A stretch of DNA of 64,000 nucleotides. Origin: Eubacteriales bacterium (lineage in GTDB: Bacteria > Bacillota > Clostridia > Oscillospirales > CAG-272). The DNA is taken from NCBI GenBank assembly GCA_045543615.1, contig JAZPXL010000005.1, forward strand, positions 68,436 through 132,435. The letters are read 5' to 3'. The position numbers were made by a program, and so were the translations under genes. Positions 39,492 to 48,002 of this stretch are shown here, piece by piece (position 1 is the first letter of the stretch; each line of letters starts with the position of its first letter). The notes under the pieces are model-generated. The model saw only the letters and a list, made by a program, of their open reading frames with translations. It was not told the origin of the DNA and did no database searches.

Positions 39492-40217
39492 ATGGAACGC
39501 AAGGTTGCAAAATTCTTTTCGTCAGCGCATATATCGCACAATGATATTCTGTATATAATCCACACAGACAGGAAGACCGAGCTTCATCTTCACAGCGGAG
39601 AGGTTGCCGAAACCTATATCCCGATGAAGCACATAGTCTCCTCTCTGCCAAATGACTATTTTCTGAGCATCACCAAGGGTGTTGTAGTTGCTCGCTCTGC
39701 AATCTACTCAATAAATGGCGCAGAATATACGATGATTGACGGCAGAGTGTTTGAGGGACGGCACAGAGGAAAGGGTGAGCACAAACGAAATCGCAAGAAT
39801 CTTCTTGACACATCTCCCCATCCTGTTATGAGCGAGAACGCTCTTGAACGTTTTTCTGCCTTCGATCGTTTGCCGCTCCCGGCCTGCGTTGTTGAGGTGG
39901 TTTATAACTCTCAGGGACATAGCGTTGACTTCATATACCGATATTGTAATTACTCACTTGCAAGTTCATTTGGCCTTGAGATCGAGGAGGTTGTTGACAG
40001 GCTCAACAGCGACTTTAACCGAGGGCTTGGCAGAAAATGGACACTTGCGTATTCCGAATGTGCAATAAACGGCACGCCACGGATACTGAAGCTCTACAAC
40101 AAACACTACGGTGGAGATATAACCGTATTTTTCTACTGCCCGGCTCCCGGCTATTGCGCAAGCATCATAGTTCCCGACAAGGTTGTAGAAGAAATGACGA
40201 GCGCACCCGAGACATAA
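39492..40217 (+). CDS. LytTR-domain DNA-binding protein with a C-terminal PAS-like domain and no receiver domain
   Basis: N-terminal LytTR pattern (ILYIIHTDRKTELHLHSGEVAETYIPMKHIVSSLPNDYFLSITKGVVV). The C-terminal half has a PAS-like layout. ATG 39492 is preferred over the track TTG at 39474. Confidence 0.7.
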   Translation: MERKVAKFFSSAHISHNDILYIIHTDRKTELHLHSGEVAETYIPMKHIVSSLPNDYFLSITKGVVVARSAIYSINGAEYTMIDGRVFEGRHRGKGEHKRNRKNLLDTSPHPVMSENALERFSAFDRLPLPACVVEVVYNSQGHSVDFIYRYCNYSLASSFGLEIEEVVDRLNSDFNRGLGRKWTLAYSECAINGTPRILKLYNKHYGGDITVFFYCPAPGYCASIIVPDKVVEEMTSAPET

Positions 40218-40247
40218 AAAGTCACGCACAGTAGTGCGTGACTTTTT
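40216..40247. terminator. bidirectional terminator between convergent genes
   Basis: aaaaagtcacgcac-agta-gtgcgtgacttttt. Confidence 0.75.
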
Positions 40248-40253
40248 CCATAA

Positions 40254-41063
40254 TTACATATTCTCTTTTCTTATCTTGCGAACAAGGTGCGTAATGCCCC
40301 AGACCAAAAACGCAAAGCTATTGAAGAGCAAGAGATAGCACACAACGAAAAGTGGATACGAGAACTCTTGCACCACTCCAAGAAGTGGGAGCTGCGTGGG
40401 ATAATAAGGAGAGATATAGAACATACTCAGATTGTCACCCTCGTGGCAAGCGGGAGTATTGAGGTGAAGATTATACACCAAAACATTTCCGACTATTGCA
40501 ATTATAACAAATCCAAGCAGAATAGCGGACGGAATCAAAAGCTCCTTCGGCTTCTTGCCATATCCACGGGAAACGATGAGATACACGCCCATTACAACAA
40601 GCACGACGTGCCAAAGCATTGCGTGGATGGACATAGGAATAAAATATGTGTAAAGGACTGCATTTGGAACGAGCATTACTGCAAGTCCACCTATAATACC
40701 AAAGAATGCAAGGAAGCGATAGCAGATCTCACGCACCTTCTCGGACGGGAAGATGGACGCAAAAATCGCAACGTAAATCGGCACAGAGCAGAACTGATAG
40801 GGAAAGATCTCAAATCTGTAATATCCGTAGAACTCAAACCAAAACAGCTGCTTGAAAACCTCACAGCAAATTAGGATCACGGAGAAAACAGCGACCACAA
40901 TTCTATCAGCCTTGGGGCTGTGCTTACGCGCGACGGTGAGGGCAAGCACTACGCAGGCTATTACCATAATGCCGAGCCAAAGAAGATGGAACCAACTATA
41001 AGGACCCGGGCCAACGTCACCGTTGTTAATGTCTCCCCAGGTGCAGTTAATCATACTTTCCAT
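40254..41063 (-). CDS. polytopic membrane protein, YwaF/TIGR02206-like
   Basis: 269 aa with about 7 TM helices. FPYQFCSVPIY resembles the lP-x-hlC motif of the YwaF family. The assignment is from memory only. Confidence 0.4.
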   Translation of the reverse strand: MESMINCTWGDINNGDVGPGPYSWFHLLWLGIMVIACVVLALTVARKHSPKADRIVVAVFSVILICCEVFKQLFWFEFYGYYRFEIFPYQFCSVPIYVAIFASIFPSEKVREICYRFLAFFGIIGGLAVMLVPNAVLYTYFIPMSIHAMLWHVVLVVMGVYLIVSRGYGKKPKELLIPSAILLGFVIIAIVGNVLVYNLHLNTPACHEGDNLSMFYISPYYPTQLPLLGVVQEFSYPLFVVCYLLLFNSFAFLVWGITHLVRKIRKENM

Positions 41064-41337
41064 AAAGAATTCCTCTCGTTTTTTATAATAAGGATAATAA
41101 TACCGGAGCTGTCTGTGACAGAGAATGAGATTTTGTCCTCACTCAAAATTCACATAAAGCACAGACACCGATTGCAATTATATCACTAAAAGAAAGATAA
41201 TTCAACATTATTAAGAAATTCTTAATAATCGCAACACTTTTTCTCTCAATATCCTCATTATTCTCAATTATCACCACAAAATGCAAAGAAATAAACAAAA
41301 GAGCGGGTTATTTTCTCGTTTTGTTTGTGAATATGTA

Positions 41338-41366
41338 TTGAAAAAAGGAAGCTGTTGTGCTATAAT
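41338..41366 (+). promoter_or_regulatory. sigma-A-type promoter with extended -10
   Basis: TTGAAA (41338-41343), 17 nt, TGcTATAAT (-10 at 41361-41366). Confidence 0.5.
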
Positions 41367-41413
41367 GATTTACGGAGCATAGCTCAAAAAATCACAAAGG
41401 AGAATTCTGTATT

Positions 41414-42271
41414 ATGAAAAACCGCACACTTCTTCGCTTCTTCATTCTGACCTTAGCGTTGCTTATGACACTTTCGGCATTCGTTGCTTGTGATCCTCCT
41501 GTTGAAACCCCCGATGATACCACAGCCGCTGACAACACAACCGAGGGTGGCGACGTAACAACTGCGGGTGGCGATGACGTAACAACTGCTGCACCCGATG
41601 ACGTTACAACTGCTGCACCCGACGATGTTACAACTGCAGGCAGCGGCGAGGAGAAACATATTCACGTTTACACAAACAACAAGTGCTCTTGTGGTGTCAG
41701 TGGCTTTGCTACCACAAACAATGCATTCGGTCTTACAAATATGACAGAGAAGGCATCCTCTTTTGACGGCGACGGAGACGGAGTCAACGACAAGTTCTAC
41801 TTCGCTCCTGCACTTGCAGATAAGTTCTCTGCTGATAGCGCAATCAAGTTCGAGTCGGGACGCTTCACCGCCGACTCCAAGTCCCCCTCCAGCAACACAA
41901 ACAGCTACGAAGGACTTCCCCACTTCTACATTACAGAAAAGACCGACCAGACTCTCGTTTACACCTTCTCCGTTGAGGAAGAGGGCGTTTACGATCTCGC
42001 TATCCATCTCAGACTCAAGGACACAAAGGAGCGTGGCAACAAGTTCACAGTAAATCCCGGAACAGATTCTGCTTACACCTTTGAAACCTCCTTCAAGCCT
42101 GCTGATGATACTGAGATTTCTGCTATGAAGTCAACCGACGGCAAGGATTCCACATATATGTACGGTATGCAGATCTATCTCAATAAGGGACAGAACACCA
42201 TTCTTATTGAAGCATCAACAACCGAAAAGTGCCAGCATTACAGACATTTCTATCTCGCAAAGGCTGAGTAA
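41414..42271 (+). CDS. lipoprotein with a D/T/A/P-rich linker and a CBM6/35-like beta-sandwich C-terminal domain
   Basis: Lipobox LSAFVAC. DDVTTAAP repeats. C-terminal GVYDLAIHLRLKD...IYLNKGQNTILIEAS resembles carbohydrate-binding modules. Confidence 0.6.
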   Translation: MKNRTLLRFFILTLALLMTLSAFVACDPPVETPDDTTAADNTTEGGDVTTAGGDDVTTAAPDDVTTAAPDDVTTAGSGEEKHIHVYTNNKCSCGVSGFATTNNAFGLTNMTEKASSFDGDGDGVNDKFYFAPALADKFSADSAIKFESGRFTADSKSPSSNTNSYEGLPHFYITEKTDQTLVYTFSVEEEGVYDLAIHLRLKDTKERGNKFTVNPGTDSAYTFETSFKPADDTEISAMKSTDGKDSTYMYGMQIYLNKGQNTILIEASTTEKCQHYRHFYLAKAE

Positions 42272-42298
42272 TCAAAAATAATCTTTGCTAAATCAACA

Positions 42299-42335
42299 AG
42301 CACCCCGATGCAACGCATCGGGGTGCTTTTCTTTT
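42299..42335 (+). terminator. rho-independent terminator shared by convergent genes
   Basis: agcaccccgatgc-aac-gcatcggggtgct followed by ttttctttt. Confidence 0.8.
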
Positions 42336-43977
42336 AATCTGAAATGCTGTAAACTACACCTTTGTAATATAGCTTATTGCCGCCGTCGCCCTCTCCACTC
42401 ACAAGAGTTACCACTCCGGCAGAGGAAAGCTTATATGTGCTCTCACCAACCGTGAATGTCTCAAAGATCTCAAGAGCATCCTCATTTGAATAAGCAGTAG
42501 TTGCCCGAGTCGGCAGGGGCTTGTTGAAATACAGGCCGTACTGATATGCAGGTGTCGGCTTGTGCGTTGTCATCGCTGCGTCCATCCGACAGAAATAGTC
42601 GTAAACATTCGTGCGACCATCGCCCCAGGTGAGATCGAACCAGTACCAGCCACCGTCATCCATTCTGACAAGATTCCAACAATGGCTGCCCGAGGCGTCT
42701 CCGACAATGTAGATGTTCTCAACCTCGTATAGATTGAGTAGTAGCTGGAAGAGCTTTGCATATCCCTCGCAGACAAATTTGTCATAAAGGAAATCACCCA
42801 TAACGCTGTGCGCCCATTGCGCAGGCTCTTCTCTGTTGTCGGGAGTAAAAGCGTAATCATTGTTTTTCGTGATAGCATCATAGAAAATCAATGCGATATT
42901 GTACGCACTGCTTTCTCCATCAGCAAGAGTAGCGTATTTTTCAATGCCCTCATAGAGTATTTTGTTGTATTCGCATCTGTCTTCTGCGCTTGCATACTCT
43001 TCAACAGTAGTAATAATTATCTCGCCAAAGCTCCAATAGAGCCAATAAGACATCCAATAAAACGCAGGATGGTCTTTTCTGAAAACGGTATAAACCGTCT
43101 GAGCCTCCTCAAGCGTTAGATTATGCCTGTTGTAGTTAAATCTTGCTACCGTGTAGAGATCTCCAATCTCGTCATTACTTTGGAAGAAATACGCATTTGT
43201 GTTTCCGTTGTGGAACACAGTCAGTCTCTGCTCCATCTCGTCGTACAGCTTGCGCATATTCTCGCCGTTGTAGGCAATATCAAAGAAATCATATCCCTCG
43301 CTTGACTTATAAAGACTTACATCGGTGTAGTCAATATCCTCTTTGTTGCAATGCGAGCATTTGCCATTCTCAAATCTGTGTCCAAGCGGCTCTATATACG
43401 CCTGCACAGAGAGCACCTCTTTGCAAACTGCACAGCTTTTGTCACCCGACGCACCCCATTTGGTGCAGGTGGGAGCAAGCGCGTTTTCGACAACCTCTGT
43501 GTGACCGAGAGCCTTTATAGTCTCGCTCTTTTGCAAAATCTCACCACAGACAGAGCAGTGGCGGCCCTCGCTCTTTCCGTCCTCGGTGCAGGTAGGCAGA
43601 ACTGCTTTATCAACAACCTCAGTATGTCCAAGCTCGCTAATTACAGCGCCCTCTGCCAAAACCTCACCGCACAGAGAACAATGCTTGCCCTCGCCCCTAC
43701 CCTTTTCGGTACAGGTGGGTGCGACAGGCGCATCAATGACCTCGGTGTGACCCGTGGCAGATATGCTCTTTTTTTCGCTCTCACCACACGCACAGGAGCG
43801 CACCTCTTCTCCATCGTCAGTGCAGGTGGCGGCAAGTGATACTCTCCACTCGCCAAACTCGTGAATATGCGACTCGGTTGTGTCGGAAGGCAGGAAGGAT
43901 ATCTCGCCGTCACAGCCAAAGAGGCAAATTGCCATTACAAAAACAAGCACAAATACCAATGCCAATCTCTTTTTCAT
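42334..43977 (-). CDS. lipoprotein with four Cys-rich HTEV...PTCT...C-x2-CGE repeats and a C-terminal transglutaminase-like cysteine protease domain
   Basis: Lipobox LFGC. Repeats are GHTEVIDAPVAPTCTEKGRGEGKHCSLCGEVL, two more full units and one shorter. Candidate Cys/His/Asp positions lie in CEGYAKLF ... HCWNLVRMDDGGWYWFDLTWGD. Confidence 0.7.
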   Translation of the reverse strand: MKKRLALVFVLVFVMAICLFGCDGEISFLPSDTTESHIHEFGEWRVSLAATCTDDGEEVRSCACGESEKKSISATGHTEVIDAPVAPTCTEKGRGEGKHCSLCGEVLAEGAVISELGHTEVVDKAVLPTCTEDGKSEGRHCSVCGEILQKSETIKALGHTEVVENALAPTCTKWGASGDKSCAVCKEVLSVQAYIEPLGHRFENGKCSHCNKEDIDYTDVSLYKSSEGYDFFDIAYNGENMRKLYDEMEQRLTVFHNGNTNAYFFQSNDEIGDLYTVARFNYNRHNLTLEEAQTVYTVFRKDHPAFYWMSYWLYWSFGEIIITTVEEYASAEDRCEYNKILYEGIEKYATLADGESSAYNIALIFYDAITKNNDYAFTPDNREEPAQWAHSVMGDFLYDKFVCEGYAKLFQLLLNLYEVENIYIVGDASGSHCWNLVRMDDGGWYWFDLTWGDGRTNVYDYFCRMDAAMTTHKPTPAYQYGLYFNKPLPTRATTAYSNEDALEIFETFTVGESTYKLSSAGVVTLVSGEGDGGNKLYYKGVVYSISD

Positions 43978-44072
43978 TATCTCTTCCCTCTCTTGACGAT
44001 AAGGTAATAATCATTTATATAATTATAACGCATATATATGAACAAATCAACATTCAAATAAAGCAAAGGCTC

Positions 44073-45401
44073 TCAAAGCCCTCTTTCTCTCAGCTCACTT
44101 ACAAGACTTGTATAGAAAGCTCTGACATCAAAGCCCTTGATGTTCTCTCGGTTTAAATCTATCATATCTCCGTGTGATATTCCACGTTTGCCCTTTGTGC
44201 GCAACAGCGTGTACCTCTCTCCCCACGAAAACGAAGCCTCACCGACCAAGCCATCATTCTCACCGTCAAAATTTTTTACATACCGATAGGACAGGTTGAG
44301 TGGAAACTGTCCCTTTTGAGGATGCTCAAGAACAGAGCCAACGCTCTGTGCGTAAATAGTTGAAGGAAAGCTCAGCTTTTCGTTCAACGCCTGACACGCC
44401 TCTGCTGTCAGGTCGCCAACAGCAGCAAGAAAGTCGGGTGATTCATCACCAAGCACCGAAAGCGTGGTGTTGTAAGCCGCCGCAACCTTGTCCTTTATCT
44501 TTTGTGGGATCGAATAGAGCAAACGCTCGGCAAATAAACAACCCCTGTGAGGAGTGTTGATGGTTGTTAATGATGCAACATAGGGCGCAAGCCCAAACTC
44601 TGATATAGCATATCGGCAATCAAGGCCTCCCTTTGAATGTGCTATAATGTTGACCTTTTCGCATCCATACTGCTCAACAATGAGCTTGATTCTGTACGAC
44701 AGCTCCCTTGCGCTGTCCTCAACGCATAGCGCAGATTGATGCTCTCCATAATATATCGTAGCACCGTGGAGCTTGAGCGTATTTGGCACTCGTCCCCAAT
44801 AGTTAAATAGTCTTGAGTCACGGAAAAACACACCGTGAACCAACACTATTGGATATTTGGTCTTGCAAATGGCAGACAGGGCAGGGTCGGTTGCAACAAG
44901 CTCCTTCTCAATCTCAAATTCCACCTCTTCGCTCGTGATGCGAATAATCTTGGTAAGAACCAAGATGTTAAGGATAGGGATCATACCACATAGCGCACCG
45001 ATAACACGCCACTTTATTCCCATCTGTACCGAGGTGCAATAGACGCATATTATGCCGTTCCAAAAGACCACTGCTGAAAGCAGTATGCAATATAATAAGC
45101 TGAAGATAAGATCAAGAAAAAAGACGGGGAGCAGACAAAAGGCAAGAATAATATGCCAAAGCAGAGACGGTATCAGCGACAAGAGAAACAAGGTAAGCAA
45201 TACAACTCCGTGGTTGCACACCTTTATGCGAAAGCTTTTTGCACCCAAAGGCTTAAATCCGGGGATGATGTTCAAAAGCACGAAGAGTGGTACTATGAGA
45301 AACAAACACATAGGCGAAAATTTTACAAGCACGAAGCTGTTGAGCAAAAAGCTCAGCAAAACAAAGTAAATAATTTTCGAAACGCTTATGTATTTCCTCA
45401 T
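44073..45401 (-). CDS. membrane-tethered alpha/beta-hydrolase (lipase/esterase) with an N-terminal multi-TM domain
   Basis: 442 aa with about 6 N-terminal TM helices, then YPIVLVHGVF and the nucleophile elbow IIAHSKGGLD (A-H-S-x-G, Bacillus LipA-like). Confidence 0.7.
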   Translation of the reverse strand: MRKYISVSKIIYFVLLSFLLNSFVLVKFSPMCLFLIVPLFVLLNIIPGFKPLGAKSFRIKVCNHGVVLLTLFLLSLIPSLLWHIILAFCLLPVFFLDLIFSLLYCILLSAVVFWNGIICVYCTSVQMGIKWRVIGALCGMIPILNILVLTKIIRITSEEVEFEIEKELVATDPALSAICKTKYPIVLVHGVFFRDSRLFNYWGRVPNTLKLHGATIYYGEHQSALCVEDSARELSYRIKLIVEQYGCEKVNIIAHSKGGLDCRYAISEFGLAPYVASLTTINTPHRGCLFAERLLYSIPQKIKDKVAAAYNTTLSVLGDESPDFLAAVGDLTAEACQALNEKLSFPSTIYAQSVGSVLEHPQKGQFPLNLSYRYVKNFDGENDGLVGEASFSWGERYTLLRTKGKRGISHGDMIDLNRENIKGFDVRAFYTSLVSELRERGL

Positions 45402-45524
45402 AACGCCAAAGCCATCCTTTCTGAAATTCTGCGAACTAAAACTATGTTACACAACCATTATATCACACCTTTATGCTTTTTTCAACCACCTCTCTTCCAA
45501 AAATCACAAGAGCATAAGACAGAG

Positions 45525-45564
45525 AAAAAGCAGTCCGGGACACGCCTACGGCGTGTCCCGGACT
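45525..45564 (-). terminator. rho-independent terminator after the 139-aa lipoprotein gene
   Basis: 15-bp stem agtccgggacacgcc / ggcgtgtcccggact with a U-run on the minus strand. Its apex is identical to hairpin H1 of the ladder at 48096-48110. Confidence 0.75.
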
Positions 45565-45616
45565 TTGAATATTATCATAAGCCGCCTTTGCGAAAAGCAA
45601 ATAGAGTAAAGTGCAC

Positions 45617-46036
45617 TTATGTATTTATTTCGAGATTATTAATCCCATAACCCGCTTCATTTTTTACAAGCTCAATTGTAAATATTACCGTTTTATCCCC
45701 CACTTTTGTACGCATAGTCAATTCATACCTTGATCCGTCGACAGTACTGTCATAAAGCGCAGAGGCAAAACCGGTATATTTTTCAATCTCAATGCCTGCC
45801 TGAAAATCTACATCCTCATCTTTTTCAAAATTCAGGAAAAGCTTTTCTATGTCGATAAGGCATTTCGGGTGAAGTAATTCTTCTGCTTTTTCATAATCCT
45901 CAACAACAATTTCCGCAAAGAAATCATTGATGTAGGCTTTCGCTTCGTCACCTTTTATACCTTCCCCGCAAGACGCAAGAGGTAATACACAAAGGCACGC
46001 AATAATTATCAATGCTTTTTTAAACAGTTTTTTCAT
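45617..46036 (-). CDS. small lipoprotein of unknown function
   Basis: 139 aa with lipobox LPLASC. Confidence 0.7.
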   Translation of the reverse strand: MKKLFKKALIIIACLCVLPLASCGEGIKGDEAKAYINDFFAEIVVEDYEKAEELLHPKCLIDIEKLFLNFEKDEDVDFQAGIEIEKYTGFASALYDSTVDGSRYELTMRTKVGDKTVIFTIELVKNEAGYGINNLEINT

Positions 46037-46119
46037 TTATCCAATACCTCCAAGAGTAATTTCTCAAAAAAGAACAAAATATCTTTGTCACAAATTTTGA
46101 TTGAAAACGGATTTATGTA

Positions 46120-47154
46120 TTAATACTGACACAGATTAATGTGGGTGAAAGCTCCACTTTTATTAAATCGGAGCAAATACAACTCGCTTTCATTGCGATA
46201 GAAACTGAACGTTCTGTCAATTTCTGTAGGTTTATGATCTAAATAGTTATAATCAATAAATGTATAATGGTCAGTTATATACCCTGACACATTTGCTTGT
46301 GCAATCCAGTAGATATGTCCGTCATGGCAATCAATTTTATCCAGATAAGCGTAGTGATTTTGAGAGAATGTAACAACAGAAGCAATTTCGGTTTGCCCCT
46401 CTTTCAAAATACCAATATCTTCACTGTCATTGTCGGCATAGTAAAGAGCGCAGGTGTCGTTTTTGCTATCGTAGGAAACTCTATATACATATTTAACATC
46501 TGCGGGCAAAGTGGAATCGAATACCGTTTTGTCGTTTTGAAGATTAAGCACCTTAATTTGATCAGAGCATACAAAGCTCAAATATTCATTCTCCAAGTTG
46601 ATGGAATAAGGTTGCTTCGATATGTCAAATTTCACCTTGTAAACAGCATTCGTTGTTTTTGTTGTGATGTCGTATGTAATTACTTGTGCAACTTCCTGAT
46701 CATAATTGATGTCACAGTAATAAACAGTGTTGAGATAAATACCGATGTTTTGCGGTTGATATCCCTTGTCTACTGCCACTTGGAAAATGGTTTCAGCTTT
46801 TTGCGTTTCAAATACATAAATCTTGTAAGTATAGAATTCTTGCGATTTTTCACACCATACAATTCCGTTATTATTGGCTTCAAAATACCAGATATCAACA
46901 TCATCGACAGAGTAAATGTTCTTTGTTGAATCCAAATTTTCTCCGACAGAGATGTAATAATTATTACTTCCGTAAGTATTATGCAGCAAAACCCATTGTT
47001 TTCCCGCTTTTGCTATCTGTGACGGCGCATTTTCATTGGAATGCGTACTCATTATTTGTGGTTGCTTTTTGTGTAAAAAAAACGAGCACCCCGACAAAAC
47101 TAAAAGTGACAAAACTAAAAGTGACACAAGAACAAAACGAACAAATTTTTTCAT
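46120..47154 (-). CDS. lipoprotein of unknown function (possible beta-propeller, DUF5050-like)
   Basis: 344 aa with lipobox LVLSGC, rich in Y/N/D, AAGGAGG RBS. Confidence 0.65.
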   Translation of the reverse strand: MKKFVRFVLVSLLVLSLLVLSGCSFFLHKKQPQIMSTHSNENAPSQIAKAGKQWVLLHNTYGSNNYYISVGENLDSTKNIYSVDDVDIWYFEANNNGIVWCEKSQEFYTYKIYVFETQKAETIFQVAVDKGYQPQNIGIYLNTVYYCDINYDQEVAQVITYDITTKTTNAVYKVKFDISKQPYSINLENEYLSFVCSDQIKVLNLQNDKTVFDSTLPADVKYVYRVSYDSKNDTCALYYADNDSEDIGILKEGQTEIASVVTFSQNHYAYLDKIDCHDGHIYWIAQANVSGYITDHYTFIDYNYLDHKPTEIDRTFSFYRNESELYLLRFNKSGAFTHINLCQY

Positions 47155-47216
47155 AACGGCCTCCTTGTTTAGTTTTAAATTAAGTTCAAAGTTTGAATGG
47201 ATTAAACTGCATACTC

Positions 47217-47270
47217 ATTATACCATAAGTTTGTGAACATTTCAAGTGCGGCGGTTCGAATCTGTCTACA
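47217..47270 (-). promoter_or_regulatory. promoter cassette copy A (consensus sigma-A promoter plus conserved 25-nt upstream block)
   Basis: Minus strand reads TTGAAA (47245-47240), 17 nt, TGgTATAAT (-10 at 47222-47217). 48 of 54 nt are identical to copy B at 48003-48056. Confidence 0.6.
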
Positions 47271-47321
47271 TGCCCGAAATGCCCGAAATGCATCTACAAA
47301 ATTTTGAAAAACTTTAGAGTC

Positions 47322-47355
47322 AGAAAAATTGCCCCATCTGCAGAGCAGATGGGGC
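47322..47355 (-). terminator. rho-independent terminator about 200 nt downstream of 47559..47975
   Basis: gccccatctgc-aga-gcagatggggc, followed on the minus strand by aatttttc. Confidence 0.6.
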
Positions 47356-47401
47356 GGGAGAAATCTCTCGAAATCTCCGCTTTTCTCGTTTTTTCGTGCC
47401 T

Positions 47402-47449
47402 GCATCTAAATCAGACACTCATCATGTGTCGTATGTCCGATTTAGATGC
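47402..47449. other. nested hairpin (11-bp outer stem enclosing a 5-bp inner hairpin) in the 3' UTR / intergenic region
   Basis: The outer stem gcatctaaatc (47402-47412) pairs with gatttagatgc (47439-47449). The inner hairpin gacac-tcatcat-gtgtc is at 47414-47430. Confidence 0.5.
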
Positions 47450-47558
47450 ACGCTGTTTTTACAGAGGGTACACTAACCCACGGGCGTGTATGGGAGTTGC
47501 ACTTAACCGCTATCTTCCGGGGCGCAACGCCATGCTTGCAAACGAGTCCTATGTATCC

Positions 47559-47975
47559 TTAAAAAATATCGTGTTTTCCTTCCATTGCAAACAAATTACC
47601 AAAAGTAACCTTTTTGAAAAGACCGACTTTATAAGGCTCACCAACAATAACAGAATAATCGTCTTTGTGTTCCAAGCTTACAATAATCGCGTCGGTGGGT
47701 TTGCCATCTGCGGAAACTATACCCGCATTCCAAACGATACCGCTGGCTTTGATTTTATCTTCGGCAGCCAGTTGCTTGTGTATCTGTATCAAGTCAGCAA
47801 GAACGTCTTTTGATTCGGGATGTTCGTTACCGCCATAGCTGCCGGTCAATTCTACGGAATCATCCATAAGAATAACGGTGGCAAACGGGTAGAATTCGCG
47901 ATACTTTTTCATTTGATCTTCTGCAAACGGGAGTAATTTATCTAACAATACTTCACATTGTTCCTTGGGGGTCAT
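47559..47975 (-). CDS. cytoplasmic protein of unknown function
   Basis: 138 aa with ATG and AAGGAGG RBS. No signal peptide and no motif I recognise. Confidence 0.65.
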   Translation of the reverse strand: MTPKEQCEVLLDKLLPFAEDQMKKYREFYPFATVILMDDSVELTGSYGGNEHPESKDVLADLIQIHKQLAAEDKIKASGIVWNAGIVSADGKPTDAIIVSLEHKDDYSVIVGEPYKVGLFKKVTFGNLFAMEGKHDIF

Positions 47976-48002
47976 AGTAGTTATCCTCCTTGTTTTTTAT
48001 TT

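Noticed and set aside
47241-47275. tRNA or tRNA fragment suggested by GGCGGTTCGAATCTGT (also at 48035-48050)
   Set aside because: Only a T-arm-like segment is present. No matching acceptor 5' strand, D-arm or anticodon arm lies upstream. On the other strand the same bases form the region just upstream of a consensus promoter. It also does not match the 3' end of the real tRNA-Gln, so it is not an att repeat of that gene.
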